Made by a program: the position numbers and the translations under genes. This document shows, one piece after another, positions 16,976 through 27,232 of a stretch of DNA of 64,000 bases. The DNA is from Cyanobium sp. GTDB taxonomy: Bacteria; Cyanobacteriota; Cyanobacteriia; PCC-6307; Cyanobiaceae. The stretch is taken from contig JBBASA010000002.1 of the NCBI GenBank assembly GCA_040399515.1, positions 23,948 to 87,947 on the forward strand. The letters are read 5' to 3'. Below the pieces are notes generated by a model, which was not told the origin of the DNA, did not search any database, and was given only the letters and a program-made list of their open reading frames with translations. Within the stretch, counting starts at the first letter, position 1, and every line of letters begins with the position of its first letter.

Positions 16976-17461
16976 ATGGACCTGCGCATTGGACAGGGCT
17001 ACGACATCCATCGGCTTGTGGCTGGACGGCCTTTGATCCTGGGGGGGGTGGTGCTGGACCATCCCGCTGGGCTAGGTCTCGATGGCCACAGTGATGCGGA
17101 CGTGCTGGTGCATGCCCTGATGGACGCCCTCCTGGGAGCCTTGAGCCTGGGTGATATCGGCCAACACTTCCCACCAGGGGAAGAGCGTTGGAAAGATGCG
17201 GACAGTCTGAAGTTGCTGGAGGAGGTGATGGGGCTGGTGAGAGAACGGGGCTGGAAGGTGATCAATGTGGATCTGGTGGTGGTGGCCGAACGGCCCAAAC
17301 TCAGGCCCCACATCGACCAGATCCGCACCAATCTTGCCAACGCCCTGCACATCCCTATCGATCGGGTGGGCGTGAAGGCCACCACCAATGAGGGGCTGGG
17401 ACCCACGGGCCGGGAGGAGGGAATGGCCTCCTATGCCGTGGCCCTCTTGAAAAAGGACTGA
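16976..17461 (+). CDS. ispF: 2-C-methyl-D-erythritol 2,4-cyclodiphosphate synthase
   Basis: [26 protein letters not shown], 161 aa. Confidence 0.92.
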   Translation: MDLRIGQGYDIHRLVAGRPLILGGVVLDHPAGLGLDGHSDADVLVHALMDALLGALSLGDIGQHFPPGEERWKDADSLKLLEEVMGLVRERGWKVINVDLVVVAERPKLRPHIDQIRTNLANALHIPIDRVGVKATTNEGLGPTGREEGMASYAVALLKKD

Positions 17462-17529
17462 ACGAGCGACCCTCTGCTCCTCCTCCTTCCTAAGCTGATT
17501 TCGATGAACGAAGCAAAACTCGGTGGATC

Positions 17530-17964
17530 ATGGACCCTTCTGATCCAGGCCACGAGCCTGCCCTGCAACGGGATGGACTGGAGGTATTGATCAATCTTGG
17601 GCTGAGCGAGGCGCCGGAAGCCGAAGGGAAGGGGTGGGAGGTGACGGTGGTGGAACACCTGCGCCTCCAAGTGCCTGCCGACGCGAAGGAGATCTGGATC
17701 GAAGCTGAGCTCCAGACCTGGGATCCATGGCTCCGGGAACAGAAGGGATTTTTGGGACGGGAGGTGTTGTGGGACAACCGTCGCCAGGAGGGCGTGCTGC
17801 TGATCCATTGGGCCACCCGCCAAGACTGGATAGCCATTCCAGAGGCCATGGTGGCAGCCGTGCAGGAGAGGTTTGAAGCAGCCGCCAAAAAGAGGCTGTC
17901 GCTCCCTGCGCACAGTGCGAATCCCTTCCCTCTGGTCTACGCAGGGGAAACATCCCGGTCATGA
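17530..17964 (+). CDS. conserved cyanobacterial hypothetical protein (ABM/Dabb-like)
   Basis: 144-aa ORF whose stop overlaps the larB start (ATGA). The coding direction matches its neighbours. Confidence 0.5.
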   Translation: MDPSDPGHEPALQRDGLEVLINLGLSEAPEAEGKGWEVTVVEHLRLQVPADAKEIWIEAELQTWDPWLREQKGFLGREVLWDNRRQEGVLLIHWATRQDWIAIPEAMVAAVQERFEAAAKKRLSLPAHSANPFPLVYAGETSRS

Positions 17965-18635
17965 CCTCCTCGGCCAATCTGGATCTGGGCAGGCGCTCCC
18001 GCCTAGGGATGGTTGAGGCGGTGTGGGGACAGCACAAACGGGCTGATCAGATCGCCGCCATCCTTCGCGAGCTTGTGGCCGCCGGTGAGACGGCCCTCGT
18101 GACGAGGGTGTCACCGGGCAAAGCTGCGGCAGTGGCCAGGTTCTTGGGTGAGGGAGATGCCTGCCCGCCCCCCCTGACCCACCATCCTGAAGCGCGCTGC
18201 CTGACCGCTCCAGGTCTGCCTCCCCCCAACCATCAGAAGGGGAGGGTGATGGTGGTCACGGGAGGAACCAGTGATCAGGTGGTGGCCGAGGAAGCCTGCC
18301 TGGCACTGCGGTGCCATAGCATCTGCACGGAGCTGGTGGAGGACGTGGGGGTGGCCGGGCTCCATCGTCTGCTGGATCGCCTGGAGATCATGCGGGAAGC
18401 TTCCGTGCTCATCGTCTGCGCGGGCATGGAGGGGGCCCTGCCCACAGTGGTGGCAGGACTCCTTCCCCAGCCCGTGATTGGGGTGCCCATCTCCGTGGGC
18501 TACGGGGTGAGCAGCGGCGGAAACGCGGCGCTTCAGGGAATGCTGGCGAGCTGCGCTCCAGGGCTCAGTGTGGTGAACATCGACAATGGTTACGGGGCTG
18601 CCATGGCCGCCCTGCGGATTCTTAATGGCAGATAG
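17961..18635 (+). CDS. larB: LarB-type (PurE-like) nickel-pincer cofactor biosynthesis carboxylase/hydrolase
   Basis: VVTGGTSDQVVAEEA, GVAGLHRLL, CAGMEGALPTVVAGL, PVIGVPISVGYG. Confidence 0.75.
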   Translation: MTSSANLDLGRRSRLGMVEAVWGQHKRADQIAAILRELVAAGETALVTRVSPGKAAAVARFLGEGDACPPPLTHHPEARCLTAPGLPPPNHQKGRVMVVTGGTSDQVVAEEACLALRCHSICTELVEDVGVAGLHRLLDRLEIMREASVLIVCAGMEGALPTVVAGLLPQPVIGVPISVGYGVSSGGNAALQGMLASCAPGLSVVNIDNGYGAAMAALRILNGR

Positions 18636-18661
18636 GAATAGAACGGCAGCCCCCCCCTGAA

Positions 18662-19684
18662 TCAGAGGTGCTGAAGCTGGGGATAGGCCGTGAGCAATTC
18701 CTCCGTAGTGAGCACTTCACCCGCTCCCTCAGGTTGCCAAATCACCTCCAGCGCCAAAAGGTCGTCATCTCCGATGGACCCCAGCTGTTGCAGGGCCTCC
18801 CGGAGGGCCTCAGCGGTGTGGGCTTCCTTGACGGCCAGACGGTGCCTAGTGGCCACCAGAACCGTGACTGCAATGAAATCACTCGTGGCATCACTGGCGC
18901 CCTGGAGGGTTCCAGAGAGGCTTTCCTGGCTGCGGCGCCCTGCCACGTTGGTGGTGATCTCCTTCCGCAGCTTGCTCCGCTCCTGCATGGAGAGACGGTT
19001 GAAGGTGCCTTCTGCGGAAGTAAAGGGAACTTGAGCAGCCTCTGCGTTGGCATAGACCCAGAGCTCAGGGTTTCGCAGCAGCGAAAGAGTGGTTTCTTGA
19101 AGCACCCTCTGCAACCCTGCCGTCGTGCCCGTATCAGCCGTGGCAGCCATCCGGCGAAGATCATCCTGCAACTGCTTTGCTGAGGGCAAAAGACCCAGTT
19201 GAACCTGGGCGATGGACACGGGCCCGTCCAAGCTGCCGTAGGAATCGTCGCCAGGGAGGTTGCCCCCGTAGGACGAGGAGCTGCTGGGACGGATGGCATT
19301 GACCATTAGGCCGAGAACGGCCATCAAGACAAGGAATCCCAGAAGACCGCCGCCGAAACCAAAGATCGGAACAACGAAGGGGAGACCGAATCCGCCTCCT
19401 CCGTAATACCCGCCGCCATATCCCCCACCGTAATAACCGCCGCCGCCATAGGGCACGGGGATGTAGGTGCCCCCGGTGCGCCCTGAGCCCCCGCGGTAAC
19501 GGGTTCCTCCACTGCCGTAGCTGCGGGGGGAGGGAGAAGAGCGAAAGCTGCCGCCTCCGATGCGGCCCCCACTGGCCGCATCAGCAGCGCGGGGGGATGC
19601 CAGGAGAAGGTTGGTGAGCAAGATGGGGACCACCATCAAGCTGGCAACCCGCTTGAGCAGACGGAATCCCATGGAGGATGTCAC
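18662..19684 (-). CDS. Gly-rich membrane protein (DUF1517 family as I recall)
   Basis: 340 aa with a signal/transmembrane segment, a GGRIGGGSFRS...GGGYYGGGYGGGYYGGGG region, a second transmembrane segment and a conserved C-terminal soluble domain. Confidence 0.7.
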   Translation of the reverse strand: MTSSMGFRLLKRVASLMVVPILLTNLLLASPRAADAASGGRIGGGSFRSSPSPRSYGSGGTRYRGGSGRTGGTYIPVPYGGGGYYGGGYGGGYYGGGGFGLPFVVPIFGFGGGLLGFLVLMAVLGLMVNAIRPSSSSSYGGNLPGDDSYGSLDGPVSIAQVQLGLLPSAKQLQDDLRRMAATADTGTTAGLQRVLQETTLSLLRNPELWVYANAEAAQVPFTSAEGTFNRLSMQERSKLRKEITTNVAGRRSQESLSGTLQGASDATSDFIAVTVLVATRHRLAVKEAHTAEALREALQQLGSIGDDDLLALEVIWQPEGAGEVLTTEELLTAYPQLQHL

Positions 19685-19708
19685 TGAGAGATTGAAGGTC
19701 TTAGAAAT

Positions 19709-19915
19709 CTACGTACCTCCTCCCACAATGGTGACCACCTCCAAGGCATCGGATTCCACGACCCTCCGCTCAAACCCCTGGGAGCGGGTATAAATGGTGC
19801 CGTTGAGCTCCACCACCACCACATCAGGTTTGTAGCCCAGGTGGAGCAGCACCTCCCGCAGTTCCAGCCCCGCCGGGCAGGTTCTGGGTTCACCATTGAC
19901 GGTGATGGCGATCAT
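19709..19915 (-). CDS. thiS: sulfur-carrier protein ThiS
   Basis: The internal ATG of ORF 19709..20077 gives a 68-aa protein, MIAITVNGE...VVTIVGGGT, with a C-terminal GG. ATGA overlap with the thiE stop. Confidence 0.85.
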   Translation of the reverse strand: MIAITVNGEPRTCPAGLELREVLLHLGYKPDVVVVELNGTIYTRSQGFERRVVESDALEVVTIVGGGT

Positions 19916-20973
19916 GCAGAAGCCGCCAGCTGCCGCAGGAGCTCCAGGCTCGCCCCATGGGGATCCGTGGCGGCGGTGATTGCCCGGATAACGGCCACGC
20001 GGCTGGCACCAGCTTGCAGCACGGCATCCAGGTTGGCCCCATCCACTCCCCCAATGGCAAACCAGGGAATAGGGCAATCGGCAGCGGCAGAGGCCACATA
20101 ATCCAGGCCCACCGGTGGACGGCCTGGTTTGGATGGGGTCGCATGCACGGGCCCAACCCCTACATAGTCGCAGCCTTCCAGGACAGCCTGGCGCAACTGG
20201 TCGGGGGCATGGGTGCTCCGACCAATCAGCCGATGAGGCCCGAGGAGTCGGCGGGCCACCGCCGCAGGCAGATCGTCCTGACCCAGGTGTACACCGTCGG
20301 CCTCCACGGCCAACGCCAGATCCAGGCGATCATTAACGAGGAAGAGGGCGCCATGGCTCCAGCAGAGCTGGCGAAGCTGGCTGGCCTCCGCAAACCGCTC
20401 CAGGTCGGTGGAAGGTTGTTGCTTGGGGCGGTATTGGACCAGCCGCACCCCCGCCCGCAAGGCCGCCTCCACCGTGCCCAATAGATCCGGACCTGGGGAG
20501 GTGATCAGATACAGATGGCAACGGGCCAGCCGTTCTTTTCTGGACTCCCCTGGGGCCCCACTGCCCCGCAGACAATCCACCTCCAGGTCGTAGAGGGCAT
20601 AGCGGATCCTGGCAGCCTCCTCTGCCAGCTCAGGATCCAAATCCCTCCCAAACTCTTCGAGGACTCGCAGGGCTTCCTGGACCCTTCCCGCATTGGCCTC
20701 GACCACATCGAGCGGGGTCTGCCGTTCGTTCTGGGCAGAGTGGCCCAGGCCGTTGGCCCCGTCGGAGGCGGTATGGCGAGCCATCTTGTAGGCCAGGCGA
20801 TGGCACCGGCCCAGACGCTGGCGGAGGTCTTTGCACCGCACCACCAGATCGGGGCGATCGAGCGCAAAACGGCACCAATCCTCCAGAACCCTCAGCCCCT
20901 CCCGGGCCCGATCCAGATTCGCGTCCAGAAGGCGCTCAATCGAAGCCGTCCCGCCCACGGATGAATCATTCAT
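19912..20973 (-). CDS. thiE: thiamine-phosphate synthase, long form with an N-terminal extra domain
   Basis: The C-terminal 200 aa carry HLYLITSP, FLVNDRLDLALAVEADGVHLGQDD and FAIGGV. The N-terminal ~145 aa are additional. Confidence 0.88.
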   Translation of the reverse strand: MNDSSVGGTASIERLLDANLDRAREGLRVLEDWCRFALDRPDLVVRCKDLRQRLGRCHRLAYKMARHTASDGANGLGHSAQNERQTPLDVVEANAGRVQEALRVLEEFGRDLDPELAEEAARIRYALYDLEVDCLRGSGAPGESRKERLARCHLYLITSPGPDLLGTVEAALRAGVRLVQYRPKQQPSTDLERFAEASQLRQLCWSHGALFLVNDRLDLALAVEADGVHLGQDDLPAAVARRLLGPHRLIGRSTHAPDQLRQAVLEGCDYVGVGPVHATPSKPGRPPVGLDYVASAAADCPIPWFAIGGVDGANLDAVLQAGASRVAVIRAITAATDPHGASLELLRQLAASA

Positions 20974-21902
20974 TGGGCCAACGGGTGCGAGACCAGATCC
21001 TCCCTTGCCTTTTCCACATCGCAGCCAATCTGTTGGCAGAGCTCCTCCAGGTTGGCAAAACGACGCTGGGGCCGCAGCCAGCGAATGGGTTGCACCACCA
21101 GGGATTGGCCCAGCAGATCCACCTCCCGGTCGAGGAGATGGACCTCGACGGCAGAGGGAGCTTCCGGATCAACGGTGGGCTGGCCTCCCAGATTCATCAC
21201 GGCAGCCACGGGAGAACCCCCGAGCTGGTCGGGGGTCCAGGCCAAGGCCGCATAGACGCCTTCCATAGGAAGAAACTTGCGCCCGCTGACCTGCAGATTG
21301 GCGGTGGGCCAGCCCAGTTGGCGGCCCAGCCCCCGGCCGCTCTGCACCAGGCCTTCGAACCGGTAGGGACGGCCCAGAAGGGCCTCGGCTTCGGGAAGCC
21401 TTCCCTCGGCCAAGGCCTGTCGGATCCGGCTGCTGCTCACACGGCCGGCTGCGTCATAGATCATGGGCACCACGGACACCCGAATCCCGTGCTGCTGGCC
21501 AAGGGCCGAAAGGCGTTCGGCGTCGCCGGAACGGCGCACCCCAAAACGGAAGTTTTCCCCAACCGCCACGCAGCGGGCCCCCAGCTGGCCCGCCAGAACT
21601 TCGGCCACAAACCCTTCAGGACTGAGGGAGGCCAATTGCGGGGTGAAGGGCAGCAACACCAGCTGCTGAATGCCGAGGGGTTCTAAGAGAGCCAGCTTCT
21701 CCTCTGGCAAATCCAGGCGCAGGCGGGTTTCGCCGTACAGCACTTCCCGGGGATGGGGCCAGAAGCTCACCACCGTGGGCACCGGTGGCCCATCCTGGGG
21801 TGCAGCTTCGGCCGCCATGGCCCTCGCCTCGGTGATCACCCGCCGATGGCCGGCATGCAGGCCATCAAAGGTCCCGAGTGCCACGGCCGTTGGTTGGCGC
21901 AC
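20970..21902 (-). CDS. ribF: bifunctional riboflavin kinase / FMN adenylyltransferase
   Basis: ALGTFDGLHAGHRRVI; the kinase part carries GRQLGWPTANL and VEVHLLD. Confidence 0.9.
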   Translation of the reverse strand: MRQPTAVALGTFDGLHAGHRRVITEARAMAAEAAPQDGPPVPTVVSFWPHPREVLYGETRLRLDLPEEKLALLEPLGIQQLVLLPFTPQLASLSPEGFVAEVLAGQLGARCVAVGENFRFGVRRSGDAERLSALGQQHGIRVSVVPMIYDAAGRVSSSRIRQALAEGRLPEAEALLGRPYRFEGLVQSGRGLGRQLGWPTANLQVSGRKFLPMEGVYAALAWTPDQLGGSPVAAVMNLGGQPTVDPEAPSAVEVHLLDREVDLLGQSLVVQPIRWLRPQRRFANLEELCQQIGCDVEKAREDLVSHPLAQ

Positions 21903-22013
21903 CGGCGCGGGGGGAGACAGAGTGGTCAGGATGCAGATGCAGGCTTAGGGATGGGCCTTGCTCTCACTTTCTTGATCTTCCCATGGCAAGTTGGTGCAGA
22001 GCTGCCGACCACC

Positions 22014-22589
22014 ATGGCTGAAGCCCTTGACCTGTACCGGATTTCCGCTGCTCTCCGACGCGTGGGTTGGGTGCGGTTCTGGAGTCAGCTGACCCTGGGC
22101 GTGGTGGTGGTGGGGGTGCTCTTCTTCAGCAAGATCGGGAGCCAGCTCGCCGCCAATTCCCAGCGGGCACTCGGTTTGGGACCAGGGCTCTCCTTCACCA
22201 CCCTGTCCTTTCTCGTGCTGCTCTGGAGCCTTTGGCATGGCTGGCTGGTGGTGCGCTGCGGCCGCGCCCTAGACCGACCGGTCCGCCCCAGCAAAGGGGA
22301 GACGGCCCAGCTGCTCAAACGGGGCCTTCTCGGGGATCTGCTGGGCCTGACCCTGGCCGCGGTGGGCTACCAGGCCCTGGCCGGAAGTCTGTTTGTGCAG
22401 GCCTCCCTGCAGGCACCGGGATTTTTCGGCGCCCCCATCAATGGGGGGGGATTGAACAGGTTGGTGGGCTTTCCAATCACCTCGATTGAGATGCTTGGCG
22501 TGCTGAGCAACACCCAGGTGCTCTTTGCCCATCTTCTCGGAATGATGTTCTCCCTCTGGATGCTGCAGCGGATCCATCGCCGCAGTTAG
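22014..22589 (+). CDS. membrane protein (DUF3611 family as I recall)
   Basis: [33 protein letters not shown] followed by further transmembrane segments. The upstream part of ORF 21753 is antisense to ribF. ATG 21951 is an alternative start. Confidence 0.6.
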   Translation: MAEALDLYRISAALRRVGWVRFWSQLTLGVVVVGVLFFSKIGSQLAANSQRALGLGPGLSFTTLSFLVLLWSLWHGWLVVRCGRALDRPVRPSKGETAQLLKRGLLGDLLGLTLAAVGYQALAGSLFVQASLQAPGFFGAPINGGGLNRLVGFPITSIEMLGVLSNTQVLFAHLLGMMFSLWMLQRIHRRS

Positions 22590-23431
22590 GCCATCCGTTC
22601 CCCAGGGCTCCCGCTGACCGGCATCCTCTCTAGATGGGGCAAGGAGGAGATTGGGCCTCGCCAGAACAACTCCGGCTGCAGCGGCGAGAGGCTAGCCCCA
22701 TTGGCCTGGATCCAGCCCACATCCGTGGGCCAGTCCTCTGGACCGGCAACCCTGGCCTCGAGGTCGTTGACCACTTCCCCTGCTAACCAGTAGTAGATGC
22801 GCCCCCTGGGATCGACGCGGCAATCGAACTGGTCGACGTAGCGCCGCACGGCAGGGCGGCACCAGCGCAGCGGACCGATCGCCTCCCAGGGGACGGGGGG
22901 CACGTTGAGGTTGAGCAGCAGACCCTCAGGCCACGCCTTGGCCAGCATGCCCTCCGCCACCTCAAGTGCTAGACGGGCAGCAGGTTGGAACTGGCGCCAG
23001 CGAAAATCCGCGGCGCTCACCGCCATGGAGGGCAGGCCCTCAATGGTGCCCTCCATGGCCGCAGCCACCGTGCCCGAATAGAGCACATCCGTTCCCAGGT
23101 TGGGGCCATGGTTGATGCCGGAGAGCACGAGGTCGGGGGGCTCCTCCATCAAGCGAAACAGGGCCAGCTTTACGCAATCGGCCGGGGTGCCACTACAGGC
23201 CCAGGCGGTCACCCCTTCAGCAAAGAGCTCATCTGCCCTCTCGGCACGGAGGGGGGTCTGGAGCGTGAGGCCATGGCCGGTGGCGGAGCGTTCCTGATCG
23301 GGACATACCACCGTGACCCGATGACCCCGCAGCTGGGCTTCCGCCGCAAGGGACTGGATGCCCTCCGCAAAGACCCCATCGTCATTGCTGATGAGAATGC
23401 GAAGAGGGATCAAGGGGGTTGGCGGGGTCAT
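22586..23431 (-). CDS. surE: 5'/3'-nucleotidase SurE
   Basis: [36 protein letters not shown]. Confidence 0.92.
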   Translation of the reverse strand: MTPPTPLIPLRILISNDDGVFAEGIQSLAAEAQLRGHRVTVVCPDQERSATGHGLTLQTPLRAERADELFAEGVTAWACSGTPADCVKLALFRLMEEPPDLVLSGINHGPNLGTDVLYSGTVAAAMEGTIEGLPSMAVSAADFRWRQFQPAARLALEVAEGMLAKAWPEGLLLNLNVPPVPWEAIGPLRWCRPAVRRYVDQFDCRVDPRGRIYYWLAGEVVNDLEARVAGPEDWPTDVGWIQANGASLSPLQPELFWRGPISSLPHLERMPVSGSPGERMA

Positions 23432-23512
23432 GGGGGTTGGCCATGGCGGTGGCGAAAGGGAGGCCCAGAAAGCAGATTAGTCAGCTCCCTACAGTCGCCC
23501 TCAGCTATCCCC

Positions 23513-24541
23513 GTGCCCGTGGGCGCCATCATCAGCCTTGAGGAGCTCCGCCAACAGCTCGACCAACTGGAGCAGGAGGCGGTTGGTGCCATCGAGGAGG
23601 CCAACAGCCCAGGGGCGTTGGAGGAGTTGCGGGTCAACCTTCTCGGTCGGAAGGGGCGGCTCTCGGCAGTGCTGGGAGCGATGGGCCAGCTCACCGCAGA
23701 GGAACGGCCCCTGGTGGGGGAAAGGGCCAATCGCCTCAAGGATCAAGTGCAGCATCAGATGGCCGAGCGGCTTGAGCATCTGAGCTCCTCGGAACTGGAG
23801 GAACGGCTCCAGAGAGAACGCATTGACGTGACCATGCCCTGGTCCGGGACCCCGCCCGGCCATCGCCATCCCCTCATTCAGACCTGCGAGGAAATCGTGG
23901 ATCTCTTCGCAGGTCTGGGCTATCGGGTTTCGGAAGGGCCGGAGATCGAAACCGATCACTACAACTTCACAGCGCTGAACATCCCGCCCCACCATCCGGC
24001 CAGGGACATGCAAGACACCTTCTACCTGGATAGAGGGAGTGGGAAGGATCAGCGATTGTTGAGAACCCACACCTCACCGGTTCAAATTCGCTATCTCGAG
24101 GCCAATCCCCCTCCAGTGCGGGTGGTGGCACCAGGGCGGGTGTTCCGAAGGGATTCCATGGATGCGACCCACTCCCCCGTGTTCCACCAGGTGGAAGTGC
24201 TGGCGATTGACGAGGGATTGGATTTCAGCCACCTCAGAGGAACGGTGACCACCTTCCTGCAAGCCTTTTTTGGGGATCTGCCGGTGCGATTTCGCGCCAG
24301 CTACTTTCCCTTCACCGAGCCTTCCGCGGAGGTGGACGTGCAGTGGCGCGGCCGCTGGCTGGAGGTCATGGGCTGCGGCATGGTCGATCCAGCTGTGTTA
24401 GAGGGATTAGGCATTGATCCGAAGCGGTGGAGTGGCTTCGCCGCAGGGCTTGGCGTGGAGCGGTTCTGCATGGTGCGGCATGGCATTGACGACATCCGCA
24501 GGCTGTACACCAGTGATCTGCGTTTTCTCCAACAGTTTTAA
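23513..24541 (+). CDS. pheS: phenylalanine--tRNA ligase alpha subunit
   Basis: Class II motifs [18 protein letters not shown] and [11 protein letters not shown]. There is no in-frame ATG after surE, so the candidate starts are GTG 23513 or 23519. The first ~530 nt of ORF 22985 are antisense to surE. Confidence 0.88.
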   Translation: MPVGAIISLEELRQQLDQLEQEAVGAIEEANSPGALEELRVNLLGRKGRLSAVLGAMGQLTAEERPLVGERANRLKDQVQHQMAERLEHLSSSELEERLQRERIDVTMPWSGTPPGHRHPLIQTCEEIVDLFAGLGYRVSEGPEIETDHYNFTALNIPPHHPARDMQDTFYLDRGSGKDQRLLRTHTSPVQIRYLEANPPPVRVVAPGRVFRRDSMDATHSPVFHQVEVLAIDEGLDFSHLRGTVTTFLQAFFGDLPVRFRASYFPFTEPSAEVDVQWRGRWLEVMGCGMVDPAVLEGLGIDPKRWSGFAAGLGVERFCMVRHGIDDIRRLYTSDLRFLQQF

Positions 24542-24576
24542 AGCGAGTTTCCGCGCAACTTCTCTGGATCAATGAA

Positions 24577-25626
24577 ATGACCCATTGGATTCATACAAGG
24601 AAGACATGGAGACAACAGCACGACTGGCCAACCATGGTGACGCGAGCTCGCGAGCAGCGGAGAGTCGCGCAAGCAAGCATGATGCATGTTGATGACAGAT
24701 TCCTTCTTTGCCGTCCCCATGGTGGACTTAACGACATCCTGAGCCAAGTCCACAAAACACTGATCCACGCCCTCCAATACAAGAGACAGTTAATCATCGA
24801 CACACGTGCCAATGGTTTCCATGATGACTTTTGCCAGTATTTTGAGACAGTCAGAAGCTTTCCATCTATTCAACCACGATTCACCAGTGAAGACTTAAAT
24901 CACTTAAATCAACAATCCTGTTTCCCCAGCTCCCTGCGGGCCAGGGTGGATAACTATACACTTAAGTATGTCGAGAGCTTTTCAAACTATGAGGTAGCAA
25001 CTTCTGGGGAGCGACCGCAAATCGGGATCACAGACAGACCTGAACAACTTATCGTTCACGACCAATGCGGAGGCGGGAGAGGCTGCCAAGCCCTGCCTTA
25101 TCTTAAATTCACGGCCAAAGTTTCCGACGAGATAACGACACGAATCCTGTCCCTTCCCCAAGGGTATGAAGCGGTTCACATTCGTTACTCGGATGTTCCT
25201 TTCAACTATTCGCCCTTTCTTCAAGTCCTTGGGGAAGCTTTGAAGGGCCGTTCCGTCGTGGTGTGTACAGACAGCTTCGAGGTCCTCAAGGCCTGCAAAG
25301 AACAGTTTACCGACAGTGCGGTTTACAGCTTGGGGAATCCGCCCAAGACCTCTCAAAAGATTCATGACAACCCTGGCGTTACCAATCAAACCACCAATAC
25401 CAACGCTTTGGTCGATCTCCTAACCCTCGCTCTGGCGAAAAAGATTTACTTCCCAAGTGGACATGGTGTGTATCCATCCGGTTTCTCCATTTTGGCCGCT
25501 GATCTCTCAAACAGAGATGACCTCAAGCGTCAACTCCTCGGCAGAAGAAACTGGAGGTCGATTCAGACACGACTTCATGGCGGCGCCCTCTCAAGCTGTG
25601 CTGCTGGGGTGTCCGTGTCTCCCTAA
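24577..25626 (+). CDS. hypothetical protein, GT-B fucosyltransferase-like glycosyltransferase (tentative)
   Basis: LCRPHGGLNDILSQ near the N-terminus, VHIRYSDV (HxRxxD-like) and LVDLLTLALAKKIYF resemble the three motifs shared by fucosyltransferase-type GTs. Gene-body lines count 38-52% GC. The likely start is MMHV at 24679. Confidence 0.45.
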   Translation: MTHWIHTRKTWRQQHDWPTMVTRAREQRRVAQASMMHVDDRFLLCRPHGGLNDILSQVHKTLIHALQYKRQLIIDTRANGFHDDFCQYFETVRSFPSIQPRFTSEDLNHLNQQSCFPSSLRARVDNYTLKYVESFSNYEVATSGERPQIGITDRPEQLIVHDQCGGGRGCQALPYLKFTAKVSDEITTRILSLPQGYEAVHIRYSDVPFNYSPFLQVLGEALKGRSVVVCTDSFEVLKACKEQFTDSAVYSLGNPPKTSQKIHDNPGVTNQTTNTNALVDLLTLALAKKIYFPSGHGVYPSGFSILAADLSNRDDLKRQLLGRRNWRSIQTRLHGGALSSCAAGVSVSP

Positions 25627-25632
25627 CATCCA

Positions 25633-26571
25633 TTGATCTGCGGCAACACCCTGCCCCGCGTCGGACTCATCGTGAATGATGGCAAGGCGGTGGCGCTCTC
25701 CACGGCCGAAACCATCGAATCCCGGCTCAAAGCGGCCGGAGTGGATGTGGTTCGGGCGAGCAGTTCCGGCGGGGTTGTGGGATTTGCCAATCCAGATCAG
25801 CATCTTCGGGGACTGGGATACGCCGCCTGCGTGCCCAAGGGTTTTGACGAGAGCCTGGGCCTGGCCCTTGTGCTGGGGGGGGATGGCACCGTGCTCTCCG
25901 CCGCCCGCCAGACCGCTCCCATCGGGGTTCCCATCCTCACCATCAACACGGGCCACCTGGGTTTTCTGGCGGAGGCCTACCTCAAGGATCTAGACAGGGT
26001 CCTGGATCAGGTGGTGGCCCAGCAGTGGAGCGTGGAAGAACGCACCATGCTGGTGGTGACCGTGATGCGAGGGGAACAGCGCCGCTGGGAATTGCTCTGT
26101 CTCAATGAGATGGCCCTCCATCGGGAGCCCCTCACCAGCATGTGCCATTTCGAGGTGGCCATCGGCCGCCATGCTCCGGTGGACATTGCCGCCGATGGGG
26201 TGATTCTCTCCACCCCCACCGGGTCCACGGCCTACTCACTGAGTGCCGGAGGCCCGGTGATCACGCCCGATTGTCCCGTCCTGCAGCTCACGCCCATCGC
26301 GGCCCATTCCCTGGCCTCCAGGGCGCTGGTTTTTTCTGATCGGGAGCCTGTCACCGTCTTTCCCGCCACCCCCGAGCGGCTGATGATGGTGGTGGATGGT
26401 AGTGCGGGCTGCTACGTGTGGCCGGAAGATCGGGTCCTCATCCGTCGCAGCGACCATCCGCTGGGCTTTGTGCGCCTGGCCGACCATGAATTTTTCCAGG
26501 TGCTCCGCAACAAATTGGGCTGGGGCCTCCCCCATGTGGCCAAACCTCGCCAAAATTCCGAAAATGGCTGA
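25633..26571 (+). CDS. nadK: NAD+ kinase
   Basis: [42 protein letters not shown] start. Confidence 0.9.
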   Translation: MICGNTLPRVGLIVNDGKAVALSTAETIESRLKAAGVDVVRASSSGGVVGFANPDQHLRGLGYAACVPKGFDESLGLALVLGGDGTVLSAARQTAPIGVPILTINTGHLGFLAEAYLKDLDRVLDQVVAQQWSVEERTMLVVTVMRGEQRRWELLCLNEMALHREPLTSMCHFEVAIGRHAPVDIAADGVILSTPTGSTAYSLSAGGPVITPDCPVLQLTPIAAHSLASRALVFSDREPVTVFPATPERLMMVVDGSAGCYVWPEDRVLIRRSDHPLGFVRLADHEFFQVLRNKLGWGLPHVAKPRQNSENG

Positions 26572-27232
26572 ATCCATACCCATGGTTCTGCTGGGAGGAA
26601 CAGCGGCCATGGAACTGGCCCCGCGGCTGGAAGCCTCCGGGTACGCCACCCACCCCCTGCTGCCCCTGGAGGAGCCCGACAGGGAGGAGAGCCCCCCTCC
26701 AGCGGCGGTGATCCTCTCCAGCGGGCTGGAAGGACACATCCCCTCCCTTCGGCGTCGCTGGGGTGCCTTGCCCATCCTGCTTGGAAGTCCTCAGGACGAT
26801 GTGGAGGGCCGATGCCGGGCACTGGGCAGCGGGGCCGATGATCTCTGGCTCTCCTCCGCTGGACCAAGCGACCTCCTGACGCGCCTGCGCCTCCACCTGC
26901 AGCTCCAGCCTCCAGCCAGCGAGGAGGATCAGCCCATTGTGGTGGGCGACCTTGAGGTGAATCCCTTGAACCACTCGGTCCAGCGAGCCGGCCATCCCAT
27001 TTCTCTGACCTCCAGGGAGTTTGAGCTGCTCCTTCTCCTGCTGCGACTCAGTCCAAAGGTGGTTAGTCGGGAAGTCATCCTCAAGGAAATCTGGCCCGAG
27101 GAACGGACCACCACCAGCAACGTGATTGAGGTCTACGTGCGCTATCTGCGTCGCAAACTGGAAATGGGGGGGGAGTCCAGGCTCATCCATACGGTACGAG
27201 GCCTGGGCTACGCCCTGAGGGAAGATCGATGA
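26564..27232 (+). CDS. OmpR-family winged-helix regulator with a degenerate (pseudo-)receiver domain
   Basis: The C-terminal half, [34 protein letters not shown]...[12 protein letters not shown]...[13 protein letters not shown], is a canonical OmpR/PhoB DNA-binding domain. The start is the ATG at 26564 (MAESIP), 8 nt inside nadK. Confidence 0.8.
   Translation: MAESIPMVLLGGTAAMELAPRLEASGYATHPLLPLEEPDREESPPPAAVILSSGLEGHIPSLRRRWGALPILLGSPQDDVEGRCRALGSGADDLWLSSAGPSDLLTRLRLHLQLQPPASEEDQPIVVGDLEVNPLNHSVQRAGHPISLTSREFELLLLLLRLSPKVVSREVILKEIWPEERTTTSNVIEVYVRYLRRKLEMGGESRLIHTVRGLGYALREDR

Noticed and set aside
20961-21686. 241-aa plus-strand ORF
   Set aside because: It is antisense to ribF.
22985-23512. 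N-terminal 176 codons of the 518-aa pheS ORF
   Set aside because: This part is antisense to surE and has no PheS similarity. The PheS homology begins near 23513-23519, where GTG starts are available.
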